Shown here piece by piece: positions 17,379 to 25,963 of a stretch of 64,000 nucleotides of DNA. The stretch spans positions 230,071 to 294,070 of the forward strand of contig JBFWMA010000004.1 of the NCBI GenBank assembly GCA_050251875.1, read 5' to 3'. The translations under genes and the position numbers were made by a program. The notes beneath the pieces were generated by a model that saw only the letters and a list, made by a program, of their open reading frames with translations, was not told the origin of the DNA and made no database searches. Each line of letters opens with the position of its first letter. Position 1 is the stretch's first letter. Origin of the DNA: Deferribacterales bacterium (GTDB lineage Bacteria; Chrysiogenota; Deferribacteres; Deferribacterales; Geovibrionaceae).

Positions 17379-19136
17379 ATTCTACACGGCAACACCACTG
17401 GATTAAAACCACAGCAGATCAAAAGGCTGGAAAACCTTTACGGCAGAAAAGCCGGAATAACAGAAATAATCAACCCCGAGCTGGCAAAGGCTATGTGCTC
17501 CATCTCTATGGAGATCAACCGTCAGGTGGGGGTTCTGGCAGACAGAAAAGGCACGGTGGAGTTTGTCATCGTGGGAAACACGAACGGCATATTCATCCCG
17601 TCACTCAGCAGATTCCGGCTGGTGCCTGGCACACTGCGGGGCATACGTCTTCTGCACACACACCTTTACAGAGAGAATCTGAACGATGACGACCTGACCG
17701 ACCTCGCTCTGCTTCGTCTGGACAGCATCACCGCTCTGTTCTTCGACAACGCCGGAAACCCCGGCGGCATGAAGACGGCGCATCTGCTTCCGCCGGATTC
17801 GGCAGAGATGTATCACTACATGGCGGATACGGACGTTTACAGGCAGAAGACCGACTATCAGCACTTCATAGAAGAGCTGGAGAGCGAGATATCGTCCAAG
17901 ACAAAGAAACTGCACAAGGTGGCGGACAAAACACCCGCTCTGCTTGTGGGGTGCTATAAAATGAAGAGCCACGGCGAGGGCAACATGGCGGAGCTGAAAG
18001 AGCTCGCCAGAAGCGCGAATATGTATGTAGCCGGAGTTGTGGTTCAGGTGAAGGATCAGATACACCCGAAATATGTGGTGGGACCCGGAAAGCTGAAGGA
18101 TATCGTCATAAAAGCCATGCAGAACGGAGCGGATTATCTGGTTTTCGACAACCCGCTGACGCCGGCGCAGGCAAAATCCATATCCGAGTTCACCGATCTG
18201 AAAATCATCGACAGACCTCAGCTCATTCTGGATATTTTCGCTAAACGGGCTAAGACCAACGATGGTAAGATCAGGGTGGAGCTGGCTCAGATGAAATATC
18301 TGCTCCCCAGGCTGACACAGAAGGATGACGCCCTTTCACGTCTGACAGGCGGAATAGGGGGCAGAGGACCCGGAAACACCAAGCTGGAGATAGACAAGAG
18401 GCGTGTGAACGAGCGTATCTCTTTTCTGTCCGACAAGCTGAAGAAGATAGAGAGAAACCGTGAGACCATGCGCTCTAAAAGAAACAGAAACGAGCTGCCC
18501 GTGGTCTCTATCATAGGATACACCAACGCCGGAAAATCGACCCTGCTGAACAACCTGACCCAGAGCGGCGTGTATGCGGACGACCTGATGTTCGCGACTC
18601 TGGACACCAGTTCAAAGAGGATACGCTTTCCCGAGGAGAAGGATGTCATCATCACAGACACTGTGGGATTCATCCGTGACCTTCCGGAAAACCTGAAAGG
18701 CGCTTTCAAGTCCACTCTGGAGGAGCTTTCGGAAGCCGATCTGCTTCTGCATGTGCTGGATGTGGCGTCTGAAGGATTCAACAGCAGAGCCCGCTCTGTG
18801 GAGCTGATACTCTCTGAACTCGATCTGGCTGACAAAGACAAAATATTGGTAATAAATAAAATAGACGCTCTGGAGCAGTTCGAGAAGGATTATCTGCTGA
18901 CACGCCATGTGCCGGAGGGCGCTGATCCGGAAAAATATTCCAGAATTTTTGATGTTGAAAATCTGATAGAGCGGTATAATAAAGTGTGTATGGTAAGCGC
19001 ACTGGACAGAACCACATTCAGGGAACTGCTGGAGCTTATCAGACTGTCCCTCTTTTCCGGCGGAAAAGAGGTTTTAATTGATATCGAAACTTATTTTGGA
19101 TTGAGGGAGTTCAATGGAGAATCTGACACCTTCTGA
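17379..19136 (+). CDS. hflX: Ribosome-associated GTPase HflX (long form)
   Basis: GYTNAGKST, FATLD, DTVGF, NKID. The frame is open and protein-like upstream of ATG 17493 back to ATT 17379; start position tentative. Confidence 0.93.
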   Translation: MLHGNTTGLKPQQIKRLENLYGRKAGITEIINPELAKAMCSISMEINRQVGVLADRKGTVEFVIVGNTNGIFIPSLSRFRLVPGTLRGIRLLHTHLYRENLNDDDLTDLALLRLDSITALFFDNAGNPGGMKTAHLLPPDSAEMYHYMADTDVYRQKTDYQHFIEELESEISSKTKKLHKVADKTPALLVGCYKMKSHGEGNMAELKELARSANMYVAGVVVQVKDQIHPKYVVGPGKLKDIVIKAMQNGADYLVFDNPLTPAQAKSISEFTDLKIIDRPQLILDIFAKRAKTNDGKIRVELAQMKYLLPRLTQKDDALSRLTGGIGGRGPGNTKLEIDKRRVNERISFLSDKLKKIERNRETMRSKRNRNELPVVSIIGYTNAGKSTLLNNLTQSGVYADDLMFATLDTSSKRIRFPEEKDVIITDTVGFIRDLPENLKGAFKSTLEELSEADLLLHVLDVASEGFNSRARSVELILSELDLADKDKILVINKIDALEQFEKDYLLTRHVPEGADPEKYSRIFDVENLIERYNKVCMVSALDRTTFRELLELIRLSLFSGGKEVLIDIETYFGLREFNGESDTF

Positions 19137-19476
19137 GGTCATACAGTTCAGAGCTGAATGCTACAGTATGGGTGACGGCAGAGGCGTTTTCAGCCTCTAT
19201 GCCGAGAGAAGCGACATGTGCAGGCTGTTCACCGAGGACAGCTTTGACGAGCATTTCAGCCGCCAGGTGAAGAACAGCATGCATGCCGGTCTGAAAATCA
19301 TAGATGAAAACATCAAGTCCAGTCTGGCAGAGGTCAAATATATCGAATATATTCATGACGAAGGTATGCTTCTGACTTATTATTCAAAAACATCAATGGT
19401 TAAAGAAGAAAACAGGTGGAAGATACTGAAAGAAATCAGAGAGATCAAAAAACACCCGATGGAAGTCGCTGACTGA
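19114..19476 (+). CDS. Hypothetical protein
   Basis: 120-aa ORF with GGGAG upstream, overlapping the hflX end. Confidence 0.7.
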   Translation: MENLTPSEVIQFRAECYSMGDGRGVFSLYAERSDMCRLFTEDSFDEHFSRQVKNSMHAGLKIIDENIKSSLAEVKYIEYIHDEGMLLTYYSKTSMVKEENRWKILKEIREIKKHPMEVAD

Positions 19477-19509
19477 TTCAAAAAAATCAGGTTTTTTTAA
19501 AATTACTGC

Positions 19510-19538
19510 TTGAAAAATCAAATAGAATATCATATAAC
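19510..19538 (+). promoter_or_regulatory. Sigma70 promoter of the tRNA pair
   Basis: TTGAAA-17 bp-TATAAC with an AT-rich upstream tract. Confidence 0.65.
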
Positions 19539-19554
19539 TATTCCCTGCTTATAC

Positions 19555-19643
19555 GGAGGAGTGTCCGAGTCTGGCTTAAGGAGGCGGTCTTGAAAACCGT
19601 TGAACGAGCGATCGTTCCGTGGGTTCGAATCCTACCTCCTCCG
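19555..19643 (+). tRNA. tRNA-Ser(TGA)
   Basis: GGAGGAG/CTCCTCC acceptor stem, anticodon loop CT-TGA-AA, long variable arm, GTTCGAATC; no encoded CCA. Confidence 0.95.
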
Positions 19644-19659
19644 TTTTTTTAGTTTGTTA

Positions 19660-19751
19660 GGAGTGGTGGCCGAGCTAGGCCGAAGGCGCTCGCCTGCTAA
19701 GCGAGTATACGGCATTAAACCGTATCGAGGGTTCGAATCCCTCCCACTCCG
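19660..19751 (+). tRNA. tRNA-Ser(GCT)
   Basis: GGAGTGG/CCACTCC acceptor stem, anticodon loop CT-GCT-AA, long variable arm, GTTCGAATC. Confidence 0.95.
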
Positions 19752-19779
19752 TATGTTCTGTTAATTTCCAGAGGACAAT

Positions 19780-20322
19780 ATGAAAAAAATAATAAGCGCA
19801 CTTATCGTTTCTATGTTTTTGTTTTCTTGCTCACAGGGTGTAGTTGATGAAAAACAGGAAGCTCAGGCGCCCGCCGTTCAGAAAGAAACTCCCGCTAATC
19901 CCCACGAAGGAATGAGCACCGATGACGCTCAGGAAGATCCCCACGCCAATGTGAAAAAAGAGAGAAAGGTCACCGTACCCGCCTCTGTTACAGATAAATA
20001 TAAAAGTCTGATAGTAGAAGTGAAAAACAAAAAAGAGAATACAACCGTTCAGGCGGATATTCTCATCGGTCAGAAAGCTGAAGTGACAGGCACTCCCTTT
20101 ACTATCGAGATAGAATATTATCTCCCTGATTTCGTCATAGACACAGACGGAACTATAACCACCAGAACCGCTGACGAAAAAAACCCCGTAGCGAAGATCA
20201 AGGTTTATAAGTTCAACGAAGTTTTCTTTGACGGATGGCTGTTCAAGGAACATCCCGATGAGCACGGCTCTTTCAAAGATGAGCTCTACAGCATCTCAAT
20301 CGTAAAATCTCTTCTGAAATAA
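19780..20322 (+). CDS. Lipoprotein (possibly DUF2155-like)
   Basis: Lipobox LFSC, His-containing linker (NPHEG, DPHAN), C-terminal FDGWLF..HP. Confidence 0.75.
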   Translation: MKKIISALIVSMFLFSCSQGVVDEKQEAQAPAVQKETPANPHEGMSTDDAQEDPHANVKKERKVTVPASVTDKYKSLIVEVKNKKENTTVQADILIGQKAEVTGTPFTIEIEYYLPDFVIDTDGTITTRTADEKNPVAKIKVYKFNEVFFDGWLFKEHPDEHGSFKDELYSISIVKSLLK

Positions 20323-20347
20323 CTCTTCAGACAATGTGATAAAAAAT

Positions 20348-20374
20348 AAGGCGGTCATTTGACCGCCTTTTTTT
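20348..20374 (+). terminator. Intrinsic terminator
   Basis: AAGGCGGTCA/TGACCGCCTTTTTTT. Confidence 0.8.
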
Positions 20375-20691
20375 GTTTGGATCGATGAAGTTAAACTCCA
20401 TGGATGGAGTTCTCGGAGCGAGCGAACAATGCTTTTAGCAATGTGAGCAAGCATAGAGTGAGCGCAGTGAGGCTCTGCCGAAACTGAGCGGTGTCAAAAT
20501 TTTTCTCAGGACGGAAAAATTTTGTTTGGACCGATGAAGTTAAACTCCATGGATGGAGTTCTCGGAGCGAGCGAACAATGCTTTTAGCAATGTGAGCAAG
20601 CATAGAGTGAGCGCAGTGAGGCTTTGCCGAAACTGAGCGGTGTCAAAATTTTTCTCAGGACGGAAAAATTTTGTTTGGACCGATGATGTTA
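20371..20691 (-). repeat. 149-bp tandem repeat (about 2.1 units) of family A elements
   Basis: Period 149 (20381/20530/20679), near-identical units. The minus strand matches the family A hairpin architecture. Confidence 0.9.
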
Positions 20692-20699
20692 CAGTCTTA

Positions 20700-21410
20700 C
20701 TAAAAGATCTCACATAAGAAGGCTAAGTTGTCTTTGTCATAGATGGAGAATATCTTGCTGTTCTCTGTTTCGGAATATTTTGTGACGACCTCTTCGGTGT
20801 CAGGCTTTATCTCGTGGCTGTAGAACATGCCGATGGTCTTGCCTGTGAAGTCTATATGGCGTGAAACGGTGCTGACTATCTCTGCGTAACGGATATTGTT
20901 CATGTGTCCGTTTATGTCGAAATCCGCCGGACGCAGACCGATCACTTTTTCGGATAAGAAGCTGTCAGCCTCTTTTCTGTCCCATTTTTCTATAACACTG
21001 CCCATGTGCGGCACGTCTTCGCTTTCATAGTTCTTTATCATCTCCGGGGTGACTCTGACGGGGCGTTTTTTTACTATATCCAGATACAGCCATATGCTGG
21101 AGCCTCTGACGCACACTTCGCCGTCAGCTGTTATTTCATAGTTTCTAAAGCCTCTGAACTTATCCATTCCGGCAGACCATGTTTTCACCGTGAGCTGTCT
21201 GCCGAACTCCGGAAAAAAGACGGGCTGTATCATTATGCGGTTCAGTATCCAGATATTGCCCTGACCCATGTAGCTGTCGGCGGGATAGCCAACGCTGGCG
21301 GAGTGGAGGATAGCCGCTTCCTGAAAAATCTTCAGCACAGCGTCAAATCTGAGCGTGCCGTCTGATCCGTAATCGGATATGTCATTGTTGTGTTGGTATG
21401 AATAGAACAT
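20700..21410 (-). CDS. Acyl-ACP thioesterase family protein
   Basis: FQEAAILH, DFDINGHMNNIRY hot-dog motifs. Confidence 0.85.
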   Translation of the reverse strand: MFYSYQHNNDISDYGSDGTLRFDAVLKIFQEAAILHSASVGYPADSYMGQGNIWILNRIMIQPVFFPEFGRQLTVKTWSAGMDKFRGFRNYEITADGEVCVRGSSIWLYLDIVKKRPVRVTPEMIKNYESEDVPHMGSVIEKWDRKEADSFLSEKVIGLRPADFDINGHMNNIRYAEIVSTVSRHIDFTGKTIGMFYSHEIKPDTEEVVTKYSETENSKIFSIYDKDNLAFLCEIF

Positions 21411-21511
21411 TTAACATGTTAACAATAATTTTCAGCTCCGGTCAATATTAAATAATATGGATATTTTGTATAGATCATCTATAATAGCCCTGATTAAAAA
21501 AGGAGGAATGA

Positions 21512-21976
21512 ATGAGCATTAAGATTGAAAAGTTCGAGCCTATAAAAACAGCTTCCGTCAGACATGTCGGTCCCTATGAGGCTGTTACGTCCGCATGGAT
21601 GACTCTGCTGATGAGCCCCGCCGTGATGCCCTGCATCAACCAGAACACAATGTATATCGGAATCTGCTATGACGACCCCAGAAAGGTAGCGGCGGAAGAG
21701 CTGAGATATGATGCGTGTGTTTCTGCGGTGGAAGGATTCTCCGAGGCTGCTCCCGTGAAGGCTCTCACCATAGATGGCGGCGATTACGCCGTATACAGAC
21801 ACATAGGCAGCTACAAAGCATTCGCCGAGGTCTATCCCGAAATATATGAAAAACTGATCCCCGAAAGCGGCAGAAAGCCCAAGAGCGGCGCCGCTTCCCT
21901 TCAGATATACAGAAATCTTCCTATCAATACACCGGAAGATCAGCTCATCACAGACATCTGCGTGGCGCTGGACTAA
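21512..21976 (+). CDS. GyrI-like small-molecule-binding protein
   Basis: RHVGPY, GICYDDP, RYDACV, YAVYRHIGSY. Confidence 0.85.
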   Translation: MSIKIEKFEPIKTASVRHVGPYEAVTSAWMTLLMSPAVMPCINQNTMYIGICYDDPRKVAAEELRYDACVSAVEGFSEAAPVKALTIDGGDYAVYRHIGSYKAFAEVYPEIYEKLIPESGRKPKSGAASLQIYRNLPINTPEDQLITDICVALD

Positions 21977-21983
21977 AAAAGAT

Positions 21984-22010
21984 AAGGCGGGTAATTACCC
22001 GCCTTTTTTT
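21984..22010. terminator. Bidirectional terminator
   Basis: AAGGCGGGTAATTACCCGCCTT palindrome between convergent genes. Confidence 0.7.
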
Positions 22011-22384
22011 TATGATATGTCAGTGATAGAACAGATCTTGCCGTCTTTCAGCTTATACTCCGATCTGCCTTTCAGCTTCAGTTCGTCCCCTTTTTCCAGT
22101 CCGTTTGGCAGGTCTTCGGCTATTTTTCCGTAGAAATCTATCTCAACGTTTATGCCGCCGCCGTCATCAGTCATGGCGGTTATGGTCTGTTTTCTTTCGT
22201 CAAACAGGTTCAGCGATGTCCCGGCAAGATTTTCGAATTCTGCTATGCCGCTCGTTTTCACATCTGTACTGCCGCCGATGATGTTTTCGAAAACGATGTC
22301 GTCCGTCAGCAGATCGAGCATGCCGTCAAGGTCAAACTCGTTATAGCAGGATATAAACCGCTTAACTATTTCCTGTCTTTCCAT
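22010..22384 (-). CDS. NTF2/SnoaL-like protein
   Basis: FISCYNEFDLDGMLDLLTDDIVF and C-terminal DGKI pattern. Confidence 0.8.
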   Translation of the reverse strand: MERQEIVKRFISCYNEFDLDGMLDLLTDDIVFENIIGGSTDVKTSGIAEFENLAGTSLNLFDERKQTITAMTDDGGGINVEIDFYGKIAEDLPNGLEKGDELKLKGRSEYKLKDGKICSITDIS

Positions 22385-22392
22385 TTTATCTC

Positions 22393-23088
22393 CTAGTTCA
22401 GCATGCCCAGAATATAAGGCACGGCGTATTCCGTTGTCAGGATTCTCTCGCCCAGAGAGAATGGCTTGAATCCGTTGCGGATAAAGCTGTCCGCCTCCTT
22501 ATCTATGAAACCGCCCTCACAGCCGATGGCGACCACGGCGGGTTTGGTGAATTCTGTTTCAGAGGAATCGTAAGGATGGGCGAAATATCTGTTCTCCGCC
22601 GGCAGTGACGGCAGAGCGTCATTGATGAAATCATTAAAAAACCTGTGATATGTCAGCTTAGGCATGATGGTGTCTTTCGCCTGCTGGAGAGCGTCATAGA
22701 AATATTCGTTCAGTCTGGCTTTCTCCAGATATGGACTGTCCCAGTAGCTTTTGTCCACACGCCATGTGTTGATGATGTGTATGTCCTTCACCCCGGCGGT
22801 GGCTATGCCGAAAATTATTCTGCGGTATACCTTAGGGCGGGGCAGGGCGAGGATCACTGTCACCCCTGACGGAGCAGGCGGGTCTTCCGTGTGGCTCATC
22901 TTCAGCATCACGCTGTTGCTGTTCATGAAGAGAATGACGGATGTGCCCATCTGTCCGCCCAAAAGCCCTGTTTTGATAACCGAGCCTACCTTTCCTTTCA
23001 GAACGTCTCTGATATGTTTGAACCTGTCGCCTTTGATGGTGGCGTTTGTGCCGTTGGTTTCTTCCGGTCGGATTAATATTATGTTCAT
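22393..23088 (-). CDS. rsmE: 16S rRNA m3U1498 methyltransferase
   Basis: HIRDVL, IGCEGGF, SLGERILTTEYA (SPOUT). Confidence 0.88.
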   Translation of the reverse strand: MNIILIRPEETNGTNATIKGDRFKHIRDVLKGKVGSVIKTGLLGGQMGTSVILFMNSNSVMLKMSHTEDPPAPSGVTVILALPRPKVYRRIIFGIATAGVKDIHIINTWRVDKSYWDSPYLEKARLNEYFYDALQQAKDTIMPKLTYHRFFNDFINDALPSLPAENRYFAHPYDSSETEFTKPAVVAIGCEGGFIDKEADSFIRNGFKPFSLGERILTTEYAVPYILGMLN

Positions 23089-23159
23089 TCAGATGTTATA
23101 TATGAAAAAAAGAATAAAAAAAAGGGCGGTTGTTACACCGCCCAAAGGGGTTAAGATAC

Positions 23160-24578
23160 CTATGCTGTTTCAGAACAGCCGCATGATGCGTTACGGAACT
23201 TTATAAAGAACGCCGCAGTGGATATGACCGCCACAACGATTCCTATTATTGTTGATATGTTCAGGTTGAGCCCGAAGCCTATCTTTTCATACGCCAGATA
23301 TGTTGTTACCACCGCTGTCATAAAAATAGCGGGGATAGAAGCTATCCAGTGGGGTTTGCCGTTCTGCGCAAGATATGCGGCGGCAGTCCACAGAACTATA
23401 GTAGCCAGAGTCTGGTTTGCCCATCCGAAATATCTCCAGATCAGGTCGAAGTTGCTGGTGGAGATCAGATATCCCACTATGAAAAGGGGAATGGAGATAT
23501 AGAGTCTTTTCATGTTGGGTCGCTGATCCAGTTTCAGCATGTCGGCGATGATGAGTCTGGCGCTTCTGAAAGCTGTGTCTCCGGATGTGATAGGCAGGAT
23601 CACAACACCTATAATAGCGAGGATACCGCCGAAATGTCCGAGCAGGGTTGTGGAGACCTGATTAACGACATATGCGGGACCGCCCTGTGCCAGAGCCGCT
23701 CCCAGCTCAGCTGAGCCGTGATAGAAAGACATGCCCAGTGTCGCCCATACCAGAGCGATAGCGCCTTCGCCTATCATAGCGCCATAGAAAACGGGGCGTC
23801 CGTATTTTTCATTTTTAAGACATCTTGCCATCAGAGGAGACTGAGTGGCGTGGAATCCGCTGACAGCTCCGCAGGCTATGGTGATGAACATCAGAGGCCA
23901 CAGGGGAAGCTGTTTCGGGTGAACGTTCATCAGAGTCTTTTCGGGGAAGAGGTCATATCCCTTAGCCAGAAGCGCAACGGTGAGACCTATCGCCATGAAC
24001 ATAAGCACAGCGCCGAAAAGAGGATATATACGTCCGATAATCTGGTGGATAGGGAGAAGAGTGGCGAGGAAATAATAACCGAAGATTATTCCCACCAGAG
24101 CCATCACGGGGAGTGATGTCATGTTTGCCAGCAGTTTGGCGGGTCCCAGAACAAAAACAACGCCCACCAGAAGAAGAAGGATGACTGAGAAAGCTCTCAT
24201 GAACTGTTTGAAGAAATTGCCGAGATTTTCACCCACAACATCGGGAACGCTCACGCCGTTATAGCGGATGGAGAGCATTCCTGAGAAATAGTCGTGCACC
24301 GCTCCGGCGAATATGCTTCCGATAACGATCCACAGCAGGGCGGAAGGCCCGTACAGAGCGCCCAGAATAGGTCCGAATATGGGTCCGAGTCCGGCTATGT
24401 TCAGAAGCTGGATAAGCCAGATCTTCCATGTGGGCATCTCCACAAAGTCAACGCCGTCATTGAGTGTCACGGCGGGGGTGGGTCTGTTTTCATCAGATCC
24501 GAAAATGCGGTCAACCAGTGTGCCGTATGTAAAATAACCGATAATGAGTAATGCTAAGCAACCAAAGAAAATCAGCAT
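23160..24578 (-). CDS. cstA: Carbon starvation protein A family transporter
   Basis: IAGLGPIFG, GAVHDY, FITIACGAVSGFH, YGAMIGEG, FGWANQ. Confidence 0.93.
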   Translation of the reverse strand: MLIFFGCLALLIIGYFTYGTLVDRIFGSDENRPTPAVTLNDGVDFVEMPTWKIWLIQLLNIAGLGPIFGPILGALYGPSALLWIVIGSIFAGAVHDYFSGMLSIRYNGVSVPDVVGENLGNFFKQFMRAFSVILLLLVGVVFVLGPAKLLANMTSLPVMALVGIIFGYYFLATLLPIHQIIGRIYPLFGAVLMFMAIGLTVALLAKGYDLFPEKTLMNVHPKQLPLWPLMFITIACGAVSGFHATQSPLMARCLKNEKYGRPVFYGAMIGEGAIALVWATLGMSFYHGSAELGAALAQGGPAYVVNQVSTTLLGHFGGILAIIGVVILPITSGDTAFRSARLIIADMLKLDQRPNMKRLYISIPLFIVGYLISTSNFDLIWRYFGWANQTLATIVLWTAAAYLAQNGKPHWIASIPAIFMTAVVTTYLAYEKIGFGLNLNISTIIGIVVAVISTAAFFIKFRNASCGCSETA

Positions 24579-24604
24579 GGTTTACCTCCGTTAAGATATA
24601 GATA

Positions 24605-24675
24605 ATTATAAAAGAATTGTAAGGAATATGTATGGGCTAAGGGGTCAGCGGTCATATAATCTCGCCAGCGGTCAT
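24605..24675 (-). promoter_or_regulatory. cstA promoter with LytTR-type direct repeats
   Basis: ATGACCGCTG twice on the minus strand with 20-bp period (24646-24655, 24666-24675), upstream of TATAAT (24610-24605). Confidence 0.65.
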
Positions 24676-24923
24676 AATAAGAGATTAAACGGCGACCGCT
24701 GTTCATGTTTTAGCTGTAAAGTTTGTAAAGGATTGGTAAATAAGAATTAATATAACAAAAAGTGAAACCTGTAAGTTGTTTATAAACAGGAGGAATAAGG
24801 TATATTTGTTTATTGTTATAGTCTAAATAACTGATATATAAGAGATAAAACGTTATTTAATTATTGACATCAATATTTATGAGCATATGCTGGCAATATG
24901 ATGTTTCAAAAAGGGGGCAGGAT

Positions 24924-25256
24924 ATGAGTTTCAAAGAGAAAATGGCGGAATACGGCGAAAATTTCAGCCGTAAAGCGGTGTTTGATGTGATTCTGAGCTG
25001 TAAGATCTGCATCGTCATAGTGTTCGGCATCTATGCGGCGGTCTTCTGGGTCAGCGCTCTGCCGAAGGCTTATGCGTTCAGCCTTGCGCCGAAAGTCATA
25101 ATGACACTGCTGTGCGCTCTTTTCAGCACGATCATCACTATGCCGCTGTATTTCGTGGGCATGGTGGTTCTGGGTCTGATGTTCCGTGTGTGTCAGGACG
25201 GCAGATGCTGTCTGTGCAGCGGAATCAAGAAGCTGATGGGCATCAGCCGGGGTTAG
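24924..25256 (+). CDS. Small hypothetical membrane protein
   Basis: Hydrophobic segments, Cys-rich tail; TTGACA-16-TATGCT upstream. Confidence 0.6.
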   Translation: MSFKEKMAEYGENFSRKAVFDVILSCKICIVIVFGIYAAVFWVSALPKAYAFSLAPKVIMTLLCALFSTIITMPLYFVGMVVLGLMFRVCQDGRCCLCSGIKKLMGISRG

Positions 25257-25963
25257 ATTCCCAGATGGTCCTTAAGGGTCTTCAGGTATCTCCTGCTGAC
25301 CGATATCTCTCTGCCCGATCTGGTATAAAGGCGGGCGGAGAGATTATCATTTATGTTTATCCTGTCTATGGCGGAGATATTTACAAGATACTGCCTGTGG
25401 CAGCGGAAAAGGTCTGAGCGGCACTCTATGACCTTCAGTGTCAGGTCGGTGAGATATTCGCCGTCTGCTGTAGCCACATGAACTCCGGTAATGTCCGAGC
25501 CGATGTATTCCACATCTTTCAGGTCGATCAGTTTGATGGTGTTTTTTAGAGTGCAGGGGATTTTTGTCAGCGGCATCCGGTCATAAACGGGCTTTTCTCC
25601 CTTTTTCAGGGTATCTACTATCTTTTCCAGAGTCATTTTGAATCTGTCGTCCTCTATGGGTTTCAGCAGATAGTCCAGCGCTTTTTCCTCGAAGGCTTTC
25701 AGGGCGTATTCGTCATACGCTGTGACGAACACCACATACGGCATTATGGATTTTTCTATCATGGAGAGCATCTCGAACCCATTCAGCACGGGCATGCTGA
25801 TGTCCAGAAAGATGATATCCGGGCGCAGACTGTTCACCAGACGCACTCCCTCCACGGCATTCGCCCCTTCGGCGGCTATGTCGAACAGTCCGGTTTTTTC
25901 CAGCATAAACCTCAGTTCGTCTCTGGCGTACGGCTCATCGTCTATTATCAGAGCTCTATACAT
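25253..25963 (-). CDS. btsR: LytTR response regulator (BtsR/YehT-like)
   Basis: Receiver DDE/FLDI/FVTAYDEYA/DYLLKP; LytTR FRCHRQYLVN, VSRRY. Confidence 0.85.
   Translation of the reverse strand: MYRALIIDDEPYARDELRFMLEKTGLFDIAAEGANAVEGVRLVNSLRPDIIFLDISMPVLNGFEMLSMIEKSIMPYVVFVTAYDEYALKAFEEKALDYLLKPIEDDRFKMTLEKIVDTLKKGEKPVYDRMPLTKIPCTLKNTIKLIDLKDVEYIGSDITGVHVATADGEYLTDLTLKVIECRSDLFRCHRQYLVNISAIDRININDNLSARLYTRSGREISVSRRYLKTLKDHLGI

Noticed and set aside
17361..17420. Selenocysteine readthrough fusing HypD to HflX
   Set aside because: No evident SECIS-like hairpin after the TGA; HypD is complete at that stop; a Shine-Dalgarno plus ATT explains the frame more simply.
19555..19643. tRNA-Sec (selC)
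   Set aside because: The anticodon is TGA (reads UCA, Ser), not TCA, and the acceptor stem is a normal 7 bp.
20371..20691. CRISPR array
   Set aside because: The intervening sequences are near-identical rather than unique spacers, the period is 149 bp, and there are no cas genes.
19752..23088. Genomic island integrated at tRNA-Ser
   Set aside because: No integrase and no duplicated tRNA 3' end seen; the downstream genes look ordinary.
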